A stretch of DNA of 64,000 bases from Planctomycetota bacterium (GCA_040755855.1 JBFMAD010000004.1:1-64000); one strand, 5' to 3'; numbered from the stretch's first letter, positions 20,295 through 30,233 are shown. Numbers and translations: made by a program. Notes: a model not told the origin generated them from the letters alone.

Positions 20295-20433
20295 TGTTTC
20301 CGCTTCAGCCGGCTTGTCGCTCTATAGCCATTATCCTCTGCGGGAGGATTCGTTTCAAGGTTAGTATTTGCAAATAGTTACAGTGATTTCGGGACGCCCG
20401 TTCGGTGAGGCCGGAAAAATCCCCGTATTTCAC

Positions 20434-20462
20434 TTGAAATCGGACAGGAAAGGGGCTATGAT
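20434..20462 (+). promoter_or_regulatory. sigma70 promoter of rpsU
   Basis: TTGAAA-17-TATGAT. Confidence 0.6.
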
Positions 20463-20499
20463 AGGCGATTAGTGAATTGCCCCGGTTAACGAAGTTTTC

Positions 20500-20733
20500 T
20501 TGGAGGACACTTTCATTCGTATCCAAGCGACGCACAACGAGTCGTCCGAGAGCCTGTTCCGAAGATTCAAACGGGCCTGCGCGAAAGAAGGCATCATCTC
20601 CCAGTACAAACGATCCTGTTTCTTTGAGAAGCCGTCCGACAAACGTCGCCGAGAGAAACGCCGCATGATTCGCAAGGCGCAGAAGGACGCCATGCTCGCC
20701 GAGAAGGGCATCGAGCGCAAGCGAAGGTACTAA
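20500..20733 (+). CDS. rpsU: 30S ribosomal protein S21 (start codon uncertain)
   Basis: NES.ESLFRRFKR...FFEKPSDKRRR. Confidence 0.88.
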   Translation: MEDTFIRIQATHNESSESLFRRFKRACAKEGIISQYKRSCFFEKPSDKRRREKRRMIRKAQKDAMLAEKGIERKRRY

Positions 20734-20821
20734 CACCCCCGCCGCGGGATTCCCATCTTTTCTTCTCCCTTCTTGACCTACCTCCCGGTTTGAGGCATAA
20801 TATGTCCACCGTTAACCGCCG

Positions 20822-20854
20822 GACCTCCCGGAGGTCTGGGACCTCCGGGAGGTC
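20822..20854. repeat. REP-like palindrome, copy 3
   Basis: GACCTCCCGGAGGTC-TGG-GACCTCCGGGAGGTC. Confidence 0.88.
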
Positions 20855-20882
20855 GTAATCTACGCACTGAAAGGAGGATGAT

Positions 20883-21722
20883 ATGTTTGTCTCTGGCATA
20901 GCCGACGAAGCCGGAAAACCGATTGACGTGCAGATCAAGGCCCATCAGGAGATCGGCCTGAAGCACATCGAGATCCGCAACGTGGACAGCGTGAACCTGA
21001 CGGACGTGCCCGATGAGAAATTCGACGAAATTTTCGAGAAGGTGAACGCAGCGGGACTCACCGTCTCCTGCTTCGCATCGCAACTCTGCAATTGGGCGCG
21101 GCCCGTCACCAACGATTTCAAGGTGGATGTCCAGGAACTGAAACGCGCCATCCCCCGCATGCACAGGTTCAACTGCAAGTTCATCCGGTGCATGAGCTAT
21201 CCGAACGACAAGAAGGAGCCTCTCCCCGAAAAGGAGTGGAAGAAAGAGGTCTTCCGGCGGATGAAGAAACTCACCAAGATCGCCGAGGACGGCGACGTCG
21301 TCCTTGTCCACGAGAACTGCGACGGCTACGGCGGCAAAGGCCCGGCCCAGACCCTCGAACTCCTCGACGCCGTCGGGTCGGACAACCTCAAGCTGGTCTT
21401 CGACACCGGCAACACGGTCTTCCATGGCCAGGACTCCTACGACTTCTACTCGAAGGTCCAGGACCATGTCGTCTATATCCACATCAAGGACGGCAAGCCC
21501 CAGGACGGAAAGACCGTGACCACCTACCCCGGCGAAGGCGTCGGCGCCGTGCGCGAGATCTGCAAGGCCCAACTGGCCAAGGACCCCGACGCGGGCTTCT
21601 CCATCGAGCCGCACCTGGCCGCCGCCGTGCACCTGGGCAAAGAAGCCAACGACGAACAGGCCTACAAGATCTACGTCGAATACGGGAGGCGGATGGTGGC
21701 GTTGTTCAACGAGATCAAATAG
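20883..21722 (+). CDS. Sugar phosphate isomerase/epimerase (AP endonuclease 2 TIM barrel)
   Basis: SGIADE, LVHENC, FDTGN, YIHIKD, SIEPHL metal-binding motifs. Confidence 0.88.
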   Translation: MFVSGIADEAGKPIDVQIKAHQEIGLKHIEIRNVDSVNLTDVPDEKFDEIFEKVNAAGLTVSCFASQLCNWARPVTNDFKVDVQELKRAIPRMHRFNCKFIRCMSYPNDKKEPLPEKEWKKEVFRRMKKLTKIAEDGDVVLVHENCDGYGGKGPAQTLELLDAVGSDNLKLVFDTGNTVFHGQDSYDFYSKVQDHVVYIHIKDGKPQDGKTVTTYPGEGVGAVREICKAQLAKDPDAGFSIEPHLAAAVHLGKEANDEQAYKIYVEYGRRMVALFNEIK

Positions 21723-21767
21723 GCCATAAACCCGTAGCCAATGCGAGAGCAAGAAGGAGGGAAGAAC

Positions 21768-22496
21768 ATGCGAAGGTCCATTCCGGGCTTGTTCCTTTTG
21801 TGCGCTTTAACCGCCCCTCTATTCCTCCATGCCGACGACTGGCCCACGCTGCGGCATACGAACTACGCTGCCCTGCTGGGGACCGCCGGAAAGGAGGTGG
21901 GCATCGCCCTCCGCTCCGTGCAACGTGCGCCGCAGTACGGCGAGGAGTTGGTTTACGTCCTCTTCGGGCCGGACAGCAACCAGCTCGCCTCCGGCGATCT
22001 CGTCCTGGGCGCAAGCAAGACGGTTAGCGCCACGCCGACGAAAGACGGTTTGTGCGTCCTGGAGCTCGAGGCCGGATCGAACATCTGCTTTGTTGATGCG
22101 GGAGAGACCCCCCTCGCCTTTATCGCCTCCAATCGGTCGCCTCTTCATACCATCCATGTGATAGAGAGGCTTTACTTCTACGTCCCCGAGAGCTGCGGGG
22201 GGTTTCATATCACCGTCCACGCCGACGTTACGCGCGAGGCGGCGCGCGTCCAGATAATCTCCCCTGAGGGGAATGTCGTCAAGGAGGAGGAAGAGGATTT
22301 CGACAAGGCGAAGCAGATCAAGGTGGAAGTCCCCGATGCCTGGCGAGGCAAGGCATGGTCCATCGCTGTGTTGAAGCCGATCGCGCCGGGGCTGGGTCTG
22401 GATGACGTGGTGATGTGGCTCGATCCCAGGCTGCCCCCCTACCTGAGCAAGCGGGAGGAGTGGGCCGTCGCCTTCGGCAAACAGAAACAAAAATGA
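21768..22496 (+). CDS. Secreted hypothetical protein
   Basis: AAGGAGG SD, signal peptide ending LHA-DD. Confidence 0.65.
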   Translation: MRRSIPGLFLLCALTAPLFLHADDWPTLRHTNYAALLGTAGKEVGIALRSVQRAPQYGEELVYVLFGPDSNQLASGDLVLGASKTVSATPTKDGLCVLELEAGSNICFVDAGETPLAFIASNRSPLHTIHVIERLYFYVPESCGGFHITVHADVTREAARVQIISPEGNVVKEEEEDFDKAKQIKVEVPDAWRGKAWSIAVLKPIAPGLGLDDVVMWLDPRLPPYLSKREEWAVAFGKQKQK

Positions 22497-22507
22497 GGAG
22501 GTCGGCC

Positions 22508-24589
22508 ATGAGAATATCCATCATCGGTATCCTTATCGGGTTTTCTCTCAGCGCGACGTTGTCCGCGCAGGAGCAGCACCTCACCATGCCTCCTTTCACC
22601 TACGTCCTCGACTACGGATCCGAGCACATTAACCTACCGGAGTACATCGAGCATTACGCCAAGTTCCCTCCTACGCTCCTCCACCTCGGCAAGGACGTGC
22701 CCTTCACGCACAACTGGGGACCCATCCAGGCCCTCGGCGGAGAGAACCAGGCCTACGGCAAGAACAAACCGTACGCCAAGGAGGACTACATCCGCCGCCT
22801 CTCGCCCGACGAGGTGAAGCAGCGCATCGCCGACCTGACGAAGCTAACCGCCGACCTGCACAAGATCGGCGTCAAGTGGGTCACGTCCTACATCTGTAGC
22901 ATGACCATCGGCGGCCACGCCGAAAAGCGCACCGGCTTTTGGGAGTTCTACGACCACTGGGATGAATACAGGCAATTCGGCCTGGGCGACCGTCCGCCGA
23001 CCGACCCCATCGAGTGGATGCAGCGCAACCCGGATGGATCGCTCAAGTTCTTCTACACATTCACCGGCCCATTCTATCCCCCCTACGAGCCGAACATCCG
23101 CTACGCCGCCTGCCACAACAACCCCGACTGGCGGTACTGGCTGGAGAAGGTGACGGAGAACGTCGCCAAGTGCGGAATGGACGGCGTGTTCGTGGACAAC
23201 GCCGGGTCGCTCCAGTGCTACTGCCCCGTCTGCAAGAAGAAGTGGCGCGACTGGATCGCCAAGCGCTACACCGAGGCTGAGCGCAAGGAACTCTTCGGGA
23301 CCGCCGAGCCGGAGATGGGTGATCGGCGAGGGTACGGCCTCTTCTATGCCGAGACGCGGCGCTTCTGGAACTCGTGCATCGCCGAGCACCTGGCGGCCAT
23401 CGGGAAGGCGGGGGAGCGGATCACCGGCAAGCCGTTCATCGTCTTCCCCAACGGCGGGGAGCAGCGACCCGAAAACATCATGCTGGCATTCCCCGAAACG
23501 GACCTCATCATGTTCGAGCGCTCCGTCGGTCCGCAGGGCACGAATCCCGGGATGGTTCTGTGGAAGGTAACCGACGAGATCACGATGAAGAAATTCAACG
23601 ACAACATCTTCGAGAACAAGTTCGTGCAATGCCTGCGACGCAAGGTCCGGCCGATCATGCTGACCCGCCCGGGGTGGGGGGGCCCGCCGGATGTGCGGAA
23701 GATGCTCGAGATGACCCCGGCCTCCGCCCAGCTCGGTTGCGCCGAGACAGCCGCCTTTGGGGGCGGCGGCGGGTTCCTCATCCGACCACAAGACGAAGAG
23801 TGCCTTAAGCGGTATCGGGATTTCTTTGAGCAACATGCAGCCCTCTATGACGGCCTCGAGTCCTTCGCCGAGGTCGGCCTCGCCGTCTTCCCGGAGGAAA
23901 AATACTTCGGCAACAGCGGACACATCACGCAGATACGAAAGGCCACCCACCACCTGCTCGACGGCCATATCCTCTTCGACTACGTGATCCAGGATCAGTT
24001 CACCGTGGGCAACTTGAAGAAGTACAAGGTGGTTATCCTCGCCGAAACCCGATGCCTGTCCGACGCAAACGTGGCTGCGCTCAAGGAGTATGTTGAGAGC
24101 GGCGGCAAGGCCATCGTGATCGGAAAGCTGCCGGAATTGGACGAGAAGGGGCTAAAGCGCGAGACGCCGGCCCTCAAGGACTTGGTTGATGCGGGAAAGG
24201 CCCTGCACATGGAGCGATTGCCGAAGTACGACACGCATTTGGCCGATGCGCTCCAGAAGGTTCTCGGGCATCCCCTTTCCATATTCGAGACGGAATCCAC
24301 GCTCGTGCTTGCGAAGGTTCGCGTAAATGCCTTTCGCGCGCCGGGCGCAAACCGTCTGATCATGCACTTCCTGAACTACAATGTCCCACTGGGAGTGGAT
24401 GCGAAGGAGCCGGACCCCATCGGGCCGATCAACGTCGCCGTTCGCCTGCCGGAGGGGATGAAGGATGTGAAGCCGACCTGTCTCGACCCGCAAGGCGAGA
24501 CGGTGGAGCTAAATGGAACGCAGGAGGGCAATGTCCTGCGCTTCGCTCTGCCGGAGTTGAAAGTCTATAAGGTCGTGGAGATCAAGTAG
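22508..24589 (+). CDS. Secreted GH-like TIM-barrel protein with trimerisation-like domain
   Basis: Signal peptide; ACHNNPDWR, DGVFVDN, CYCPVC; C-terminal LKKYKVVIL...YVESGG. Confidence 0.6.
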   Translation: MRISIIGILIGFSLSATLSAQEQHLTMPPFTYVLDYGSEHINLPEYIEHYAKFPPTLLHLGKDVPFTHNWGPIQALGGENQAYGKNKPYAKEDYIRRLSPDEVKQRIADLTKLTADLHKIGVKWVTSYICSMTIGGHAEKRTGFWEFYDHWDEYRQFGLGDRPPTDPIEWMQRNPDGSLKFFYTFTGPFYPPYEPNIRYAACHNNPDWRYWLEKVTENVAKCGMDGVFVDNAGSLQCYCPVCKKKWRDWIAKRYTEAERKELFGTAEPEMGDRRGYGLFYAETRRFWNSCIAEHLAAIGKAGERITGKPFIVFPNGGEQRPENIMLAFPETDLIMFERSVGPQGTNPGMVLWKVTDEITMKKFNDNIFENKFVQCLRRKVRPIMLTRPGWGGPPDVRKMLEMTPASAQLGCAETAAFGGGGGFLIRPQDEECLKRYRDFFEQHAALYDGLESFAEVGLAVFPEEKYFGNSGHITQIRKATHHLLDGHILFDYVIQDQFTVGNLKKYKVVILAETRCLSDANVAALKEYVESGGKAIVIGKLPELDEKGLKRETPALKDLVDAGKALHMERLPKYDTHLADALQKVLGHPLSIFETESTLVLAKVRVNAFRAPGANRLIMHFLNYNVPLGVDAKEPDPIGPINVAVRLPEGMKDVKPTCLDPQGETVELNGTQEGNVLRFALPELKVYKVVEIK

Positions 24590-24593
24590 CGGG

Positions 24594-24627
24594 AAAAAGA
24601 AACGGGCCGCGCATCCCGCGCGGCCCG
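24594..24627 (-). terminator. Intrinsic terminator between convergent genes
   Basis: CGGGCCGCGC-ATCCC-GCGCGGCCCG stem followed on the minus strand by a T-rich run. Confidence 0.65.
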
Positions 24628-24655
24628 CGGCTGAAATCAGGATCGCGTCGCCCCG

Positions 24656-25078
24656 TCAGAACCTCAGATCGAGATCTATGAAGAAGTCCCGATTGCTCCA
24701 GCACCCACCGTGTCCACCCCACCCATAGCCGTAGTAGCGATAGGGGCGGTGGTAGTACGGACGGTAGGAATATCCGCGCCACTCATGATACTGCGGCGAG
24801 GGGGCATAGTATTCCTGCGGGTAGGAGGGATAGCTATAAAGCCGGTTGTAGTACTTCTGCGCCTTCCACCAGTTTTCCTGGGCCTTCTCCAACTCCTTAC
24901 GGTGGTCGTCCCAGTCGCCCTCGCTACGCTCTTCCTCGGCCTCATTGAGGTGCTTGTAGTACTTCTCCATGTATTTCTGATACTTTTCGTAATCATCGTC
25001 TGCGAAAGCGCTTGCACATAGAAAGACCCCCGCAATAGACGCGGCCGTCACTGCAATGAACACTGCCTTATTCATCAT
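24656..25078 (-). CDS. Secreted Tyr-rich hypothetical protein
   Basis: GGAGG SD, signal peptide AFA-DD, Tyr/Pro/Gly-rich tail, ends IDLDLRF. Confidence 0.7.
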   Translation of the reverse strand: MMNKAVFIAVTAASIAGVFLCASAFADDDYEKYQKYMEKYYKHLNEAEEERSEGDWDDHRKELEKAQENWWKAQKYYNRLYSYPSYPQEYYAPSPQYHEWRGYSYRPYYHRPYRYYGYGWGGHGGCWSNRDFFIDLDLRF

Positions 25079-25145
25079 ACTCCTCCCTTCTCAATCCTTT
25101 CCCCTAACGACTTAGTTGCCCCCTGAATGAAAAAGTGTCGAAAAA

Positions 25146-28100
25146 TCACCTGGCCGCGCCGAACATCACCTTGCGCCGCGCGTAGGCATACTTCACCGCC
25201 TGATCGAGGAGCGTCTGCGCACGGGCGTCGTTTAGCATGTCGCCCCATATCCACAGCATCTCCGCGCCTTTCAGTTCCCGGCTGGTATAGCGCATCGCGG
25301 CGATGGCATACCCGCCGAAAGAGTTCCCCTCCCCATCCACCACCTCGGCGATGGGAAGGAACTCCACGTTGAATTGCAACTCCTCCGCGCTGATAGACCG
25401 ATATATTTCCCAGGATAGATACTCCAGGGGGATGGGTTTCTCAAACCGTATGATCTCTTGTTCCGGCAAGCACTTGAGGAACTTCGGGCGATTGTCCTGA
25501 ACCCGGCTCCCCCCGCCCTGCAAACCGAGACCGGATAGAACCTGGAACATGGCGTCCTGCTTCTGCGACCATTTGCCGTCCGCGGCCAGCGCACCGGCGT
25601 AGTAGAATTGATACATCGTCCCGCACGCGATCAGGAACCCGCCGCCCTTCACGTAGTCCACATATGTCTGCCACAGGTTGTCCCTCCCGGCGCACTGGTT
25701 CAGATAGTACTCGCCCCCGACGGCATGGATGGCGATGGGGAAGTTGCGGGGATTGAACACGGCCGGATCGGCAAACTCCTCCGGCGTGAGCTTGTGAATC
25801 TTCAGGCCAACTCCACCACACGCCCGCTCAATGGCCTCGTCATGGTCTCCCATGTCGCGCGGGAGGACGGCTGCCTGCGGCTCGCGGACCGTTCCCGCTT
25901 TGAGCGGCGCCGTGCAGATGGCGTGGCTCATCAGGTCCAGCGCAATCGTCGGCCCGATATCCATCGAAAGGATATTGCCCCAGAGAAACACGACCCGCCC
26001 CCCCTTGTATTCCTTGCATTTGTGCTCGATAGTCCCCGCCACGACACCGTGTTTCTTGCCGGTGCGGTCTGCCAGAACCATGGCGGGTTCAAAGACATCC
26101 TCCTCCGGCAGTCCCTCGTTGGTGAGGAGACGGTACGATCCCCCAACTCCCTGCTCGTAGGGAATCGCGGCAGGGAGGTGCGCAAACATCTTCTGCCCCG
26201 GAATCAGTTCATACCCCGGCATCTCCTCCATCGGGGGGGCGTTTCCGTACAAAATAGGCACCTGCAGCGCATCGCAGGTCTCGGCGTTTTTCGTGTCTTT
26301 GATTCTTGCGAACTTTTCTCCGTCCGGCCGGGTGGCGTAGTAGAAGGGATACCCCTGGGCGGCAACCACCAGGCAGCCTCCGCCGGCGAGGTAGCGCTTC
26401 AGCGCCTCCACCGCATCGCCAGGCTTCTTGACCGTGTGAAGGAACGTCTCCGGCGCCGAATAGACGGCGATGGGATAGCGCTCCGGATTGAACCGTTTCG
26501 GGTCAATCACTTCCTCCGGCGAAAGCAACGCCGGCGGCGAGCCGAGCGTGTTGCATGCCGTCCGAAGGATCTCCGTGTATGATTCGTGCGGCGGCAGGAA
26601 GGCGATGCGCAGCGTCTTGCCCCGCGTGGCCTCGGCCACCTTCACCCGCGATTCGGGGACGATCTCCTCCTGCGCCCGCTTCAGCTCCGCCGCCCTCTGG
26701 GTCTCCGCCTCCCGGGCCTTTCTCTCGTTCTCGATTCGCGCCACCGTGGCCTCGAAGGCGGGGACCGTGGACGGGTGCGCGCTCACGGCAAAGAGCAACC
26801 CATCGCCTGCAATCTCGATCCGGTCGATCTGGCTGCCCGGGACCTTCACCTTCAGCGGATACATCTCGATCCGCCATGTCCGAATCGGCCCGGAGGAAAG
26901 CGCAGGCAGATGGAGCGACAGCTCATGCCTTTCCGTCTTGCCGTCCGCATAGGCAACCGTCGCCGCCGGCGGTTTCGACGCATTGGCCGCGAAAAAGAAC
27001 GCAGATGCGAACGGTCCGGCGATCTTGATCGAGCACGTCCCTCTCGACAGATCAACGGCCTTCGCCTCCCCCGGCACAATCCGGAACGGAACGCCCGAGG
27101 CGAAGTGAACCTCATCCACCAGCCCGGCCCACGACAGGCCGTTCGCCCAAGAGGTATCCAGCGCCGTGTTGTATGGAAGATCGAGGAATGTGTAGCCGCC
27201 ATACGCACCGGCGACCTTCGGCGGCTCCGGCTTCGGCGTCTTCTGAACTGCAACGCCCCGCACGACCGCATTCTCGCCGTGCAGGCCCACGACCTCCGCC
27301 TCGACCGGCTTGCCGTTGATGACGATCTTCCGGCCCCGCCGGCTGCGGAGCGGCGTGGTGATGTTAACCTCGAACGCTCCTTCACTATCCCCAACCAGAC
27401 CGAACCGAATCGCGCCATCTTTCCCATATTCGTAATCACGAATATGGATGGATGCGTCCTGGCAGAAGGACATTCCCGCCTTCGGCCCGCACACCACCCG
27501 CACCCGCGCCGAGCCGACCGGCTGGATATACTCCGCCAGCGCCTCGTCGGGATCGAGCCATCCCATCCGGCGGCCCTTCGTGTCCGGGCCGACGCGGTGC
27601 ACATCCAGCGCCTCGATCCGATGAAAGCCGTCCGCCTCGATCCCGAGCGGCCAGCGCTCCAGCGCGCCGCGGACAAGGTCCCCCAGGACAGGATCGCCCG
27701 TCTCGACATAGTAGAGGAGCATCGCACGGATCAGCATCCCCGTGTCCTGCCACCCCACGACGCCTGCGGACCGGCGGGCGCTGTCCGGCTGGATCAGGAA
27801 CGTCGGGTCCAGATTGTCCGTCGGGTCGGGGTCGCCCGTATAGATTGCAAGGCATCGGTAGAGCGCCGACCGGCCCAGCGCCAGCGCTTCCTCGGCCATC
27901 GCCCGCCGCTCGGCGTCCTTCGCATCCATAAACAGGTGGTGGAAGCGGAGGAGGAATTCAACGGCACACGGGTTCGCCGCGCACACCGACGCCGCGCCGG
28001 GCAGGGCCGGATCGCCGGTCCGTGTGGCTAAGCAGTGCCGCGTCCATCGAAAGACGCCGTCAATATAAGGAAGCAACGACGCATCCTGTGTGCACTGGTA

Positions 28101-29384
28101 CATCGCCAGGAGCGATGCCCCGATCCGCCACGTCGCCGGGCTGTGCTCCGCCGCGGCCGCCTGACTGCCGAGGAATTCCTCGTAGTCCCCTTCCACAGGG
28201 AAGCGCCAGAAGACGCAGTCGTCCCCGCCGATGCGCTTCTGAATCGCCTTGCTCTTGAGAATTGCCCAATCGTCCTGCAGGACCTTGCGGCGGCCATCGT
28301 TCTCTTTCACGAGAAGATTCGAGATGCCCCGGAAGTCGCCGCACGAAATAGCCGTGTTATCCATGAAGACGGCGGTCAGCGGATCAATTGAGTTCTTGGC
28401 GATTCGTTCGACCATCCGCGCCGTTGTGCCATCGTCGGGAATGAACGCCGTCCGCCTCGGCATCCAGCTCAGGTCGTTGACTGTCGGGAGGCTCGGCAAT
28501 CGGTCCGCATACGTCTTCCAGATGTGTTCGAGCACAAACTGGTTAGGAGTGCACGCAGCCGAGAGGTCCGTCGAATAGATCAAATGAAACCGGCTTTCTA
28601 TCTCCTCCTTCTCGACCAACAGCCCGACGAACTGTCTCTTGTCCTTCGGCAAACCGGCGCAGCAGGTGGACGAGACGCAACGATCCGACTTGTCCGTGCA
28701 GCGCACATCCTGGAATTCGTACGCGACGAAGGCATGGCCTTCAGCATCCCACAGGCCGACGGCGGGGACGGGGCAGGCGGCCATGTCGGCGGCGTATGTC
28801 CAGTCACCGTCCCACGGTCCGCGCATTTCGTTTGATCGAATGGGAAAGGGATCCACGGACGGACAGGCCATGAGGAAGCCGCCGCGATAGAAAAACTGCG
28901 CCGAATCCATCCGACAGTTCAGGAACGTCGCGGGGACATTCGAACCCACGGCCTTCTGCCATGCGGCCATGTCAAGTCCCTTCGCCGCCAGGCTAAAGCG
29001 GACAAGGGGGAAGGGATTTCCTTCGCCAAGCTCCAGCTGTATGACAATCTTCTCCTCAAGAACCGGCTGACCGCCCGTCGCGCTTGTATCAATGGAGGCG
29101 AGCGTCATCACGCCGGTCCTGCCGTCGGCCTTCGCTGCGCAGGTCGCGGTCCACTTGCCCATGCCGCCGATCTCGATCGCGGCAAGAACGCGGTTTGTCT
29201 TGCACTCGATCAGATCAAAGCCGTTCGTTCGTCCGTTTTGTAGCTTTGCGGACAAGGTGGTCAGGCCGTTTGAGAGGGTGACGGCCTCTGTGTTCTGCGT
29301 CATTCTGACATCCGCCGACGCAAGAGACGTCACGAGAATGAAATGCAGGAAAGCTATACGTTTAATTGAACGCTGGAAGCTCAT
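25146..29384 (-). CDS. Large secreted hypothetical protein (~1410 aa) with duplicated C-terminal module
   Basis: Long ORF, signal peptide ASA-D, two similar PEE..DP..FNP..(Y/F)PIA modules. Confidence 0.75.
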   Translation of the reverse strand: MSFQRSIKRIAFLHFILVTSLASADVRMTQNTEAVTLSNGLTTLSAKLQNGRTNGFDLIECKTNRVLAAIEIGGMGKWTATCAAKADGRTGVMTLASIDTSATGGQPVLEEKIVIQLELGEGNPFPLVRFSLAAKGLDMAAWQKAVGSNVPATFLNCRMDSAQFFYRGGFLMACPSVDPFPIRSNEMRGPWDGDWTYAADMAACPVPAVGLWDAEGHAFVAYEFQDVRCTDKSDRCVSSTCCAGLPKDKRQFVGLLVEKEEIESRFHLIYSTDLSAACTPNQFVLEHIWKTYADRLPSLPTVNDLSWMPRRTAFIPDDGTTARMVERIAKNSIDPLTAVFMDNTAISCGDFRGISNLLVKENDGRRKVLQDDWAILKSKAIQKRIGGDDCVFWRFPVEGDYEEFLGSQAAAAEHSPATWRIGASLLAMYQCTQDASLLPYIDGVFRWTRHCLATRTGDPALPGAASVCAANPCAVEFLLRFHHLFMDAKDAERRAMAEEALALGRSALYRCLAIYTGDPDPTDNLDPTFLIQPDSARRSAGVVGWQDTGMLIRAMLLYYVETGDPVLGDLVRGALERWPLGIEADGFHRIEALDVHRVGPDTKGRRMGWLDPDEALAEYIQPVGSARVRVVCGPKAGMSFCQDASIHIRDYEYGKDGAIRFGLVGDSEGAFEVNITTPLRSRRGRKIVINGKPVEAEVVGLHGENAVVRGVAVQKTPKPEPPKVAGAYGGYTFLDLPYNTALDTSWANGLSWAGLVDEVHFASGVPFRIVPGEAKAVDLSRGTCSIKIAGPFASAFFFAANASKPPAATVAYADGKTERHELSLHLPALSSGPIRTWRIEMYPLKVKVPGSQIDRIEIAGDGLLFAVSAHPSTVPAFEATVARIENERKAREAETQRAAELKRAQEEIVPESRVKVAEATRGKTLRIAFLPPHESYTEILRTACNTLGSPPALLSPEEVIDPKRFNPERYPIAVYSAPETFLHTVKKPGDAVEALKRYLAGGGCLVVAAQGYPFYYATRPDGEKFARIKDTKNAETCDALQVPILYGNAPPMEEMPGYELIPGQKMFAHLPAAIPYEQGVGGSYRLLTNEGLPEEDVFEPAMVLADRTGKKHGVVAGTIEHKCKEYKGGRVVFLWGNILSMDIGPTIALDLMSHAICTAPLKAGTVREPQAAVLPRDMGDHDEAIERACGGVGLKIHKLTPEEFADPAVFNPRNFPIAIHAVGGEYYLNQCAGRDNLWQTYVDYVKGGGFLIACGTMYQFYYAGALAADGKWSQKQDAMFQVLSGLGLQGGGSRVQDNRPKFLKCLPEQEIIRFEKPIPLEYLSWEIYRSISAEELQFNVEFLPIAEVVDGEGNSFGGYAIAAMRYTSRELKGAEMLWIWGDMLNDARAQTLLDQAVKYAYARRKVMFGAAR

Positions 29385-29566
29385 GGGCAACCTCGCTCCC
29401 GAAGTGTGAATTGGTTCTCCAGTCGCCGCCGCCATCACCCGCCGGGCTGTGATGATAGCAGCCGCATGGGGATGCGTCAACAGTCTTGGTCAGTTGCCGG
29501 AAAGAGACTTGCCGAATGACTATTCTTGTGGTCTAATCGGGGAGAGCGGAAATCGAGGAGATAATC

Positions 29567-30154
29567 ATGGGAATACGACGGGTGCTTGTCCTTGCGCTGC
29601 TTGCCGCGACGTTAACCGCAACTCCGGCTGTGTCTGAGGAGGAGACGGAGGTCTCGCCCCTCCCCGACGGGTGGAAGAAGGCGAAGTTCGGCATGTCCAC
29701 GGAGGAGGTGCTTGCCGCCCATCCTGAGGCGGCGCTGGAGCGCGACGAGCCGGAGCTGTTGCTGCAGACCTACATCCTTTCATCCCCAGCACCCGGCATC
29801 GGGCGCGTGACCTTCTTCTTTTTCAAAGATCGCCTCTTTAAGGTGGCGCTGAACTTCGACCTGAACGAGGTGGAGCAGCGTTTCCAGATGCGCCTGTTTG
29901 AAAAGAAATACGGACCATGCCAGGAAAAGAATCTCGATTGGCGGCCGACGGAGAACGCCAGCAAGATGGTGTGGGTCAACGACAGGCACATGATCCAGCT
30001 GGGCCAGCTGGTTACCACGCCCGGCGGACCAAAGGCCCAAGCCAATCACTACCTCGCGGCCATTTACAGCGACGTCAAGATGGCGACGGAATACGAGGAA
30101 TACGCCAAGAACGCCGCGCCAAAAAAACACACGCTGGGGTGGGAGGATTTTTGA
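29567..30154 (+). CDS. Secreted hypothetical protein
   Basis: GAGGAG SD, signal peptide, GWKKAKFGMSTEEV. Confidence 0.7.
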   Translation: MGIRRVLVLALLAATLTATPAVSEEETEVSPLPDGWKKAKFGMSTEEVLAAHPEAALERDEPELLLQTYILSSPAPGIGRVTFFFFKDRLFKVALNFDLNEVEQRFQMRLFEKKYGPCQEKNLDWRPTENASKMVWVNDRHMIQLGQLVTTPGGPKAQANHYLAAIYSDVKMATEYEEYAKNAAPKKHTLGWEDF

Positions 30155-30170
30155 CCGGCATGCGCCTGCT

Positions 30171-30233
30171 GTTTGTAGTGAGGGCTTCAGCCCTTTCTCC
30201 CGAACGGCACGGACTAAAGTCCGCACTACAAAC
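30171..30233. repeat. GTAG-type REP doublet
   Basis: GTTTGTAGTGAGGGCTTCAGCCCT ... GGACTAAAGTCCGCACTACAAAC. Confidence 0.75.
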
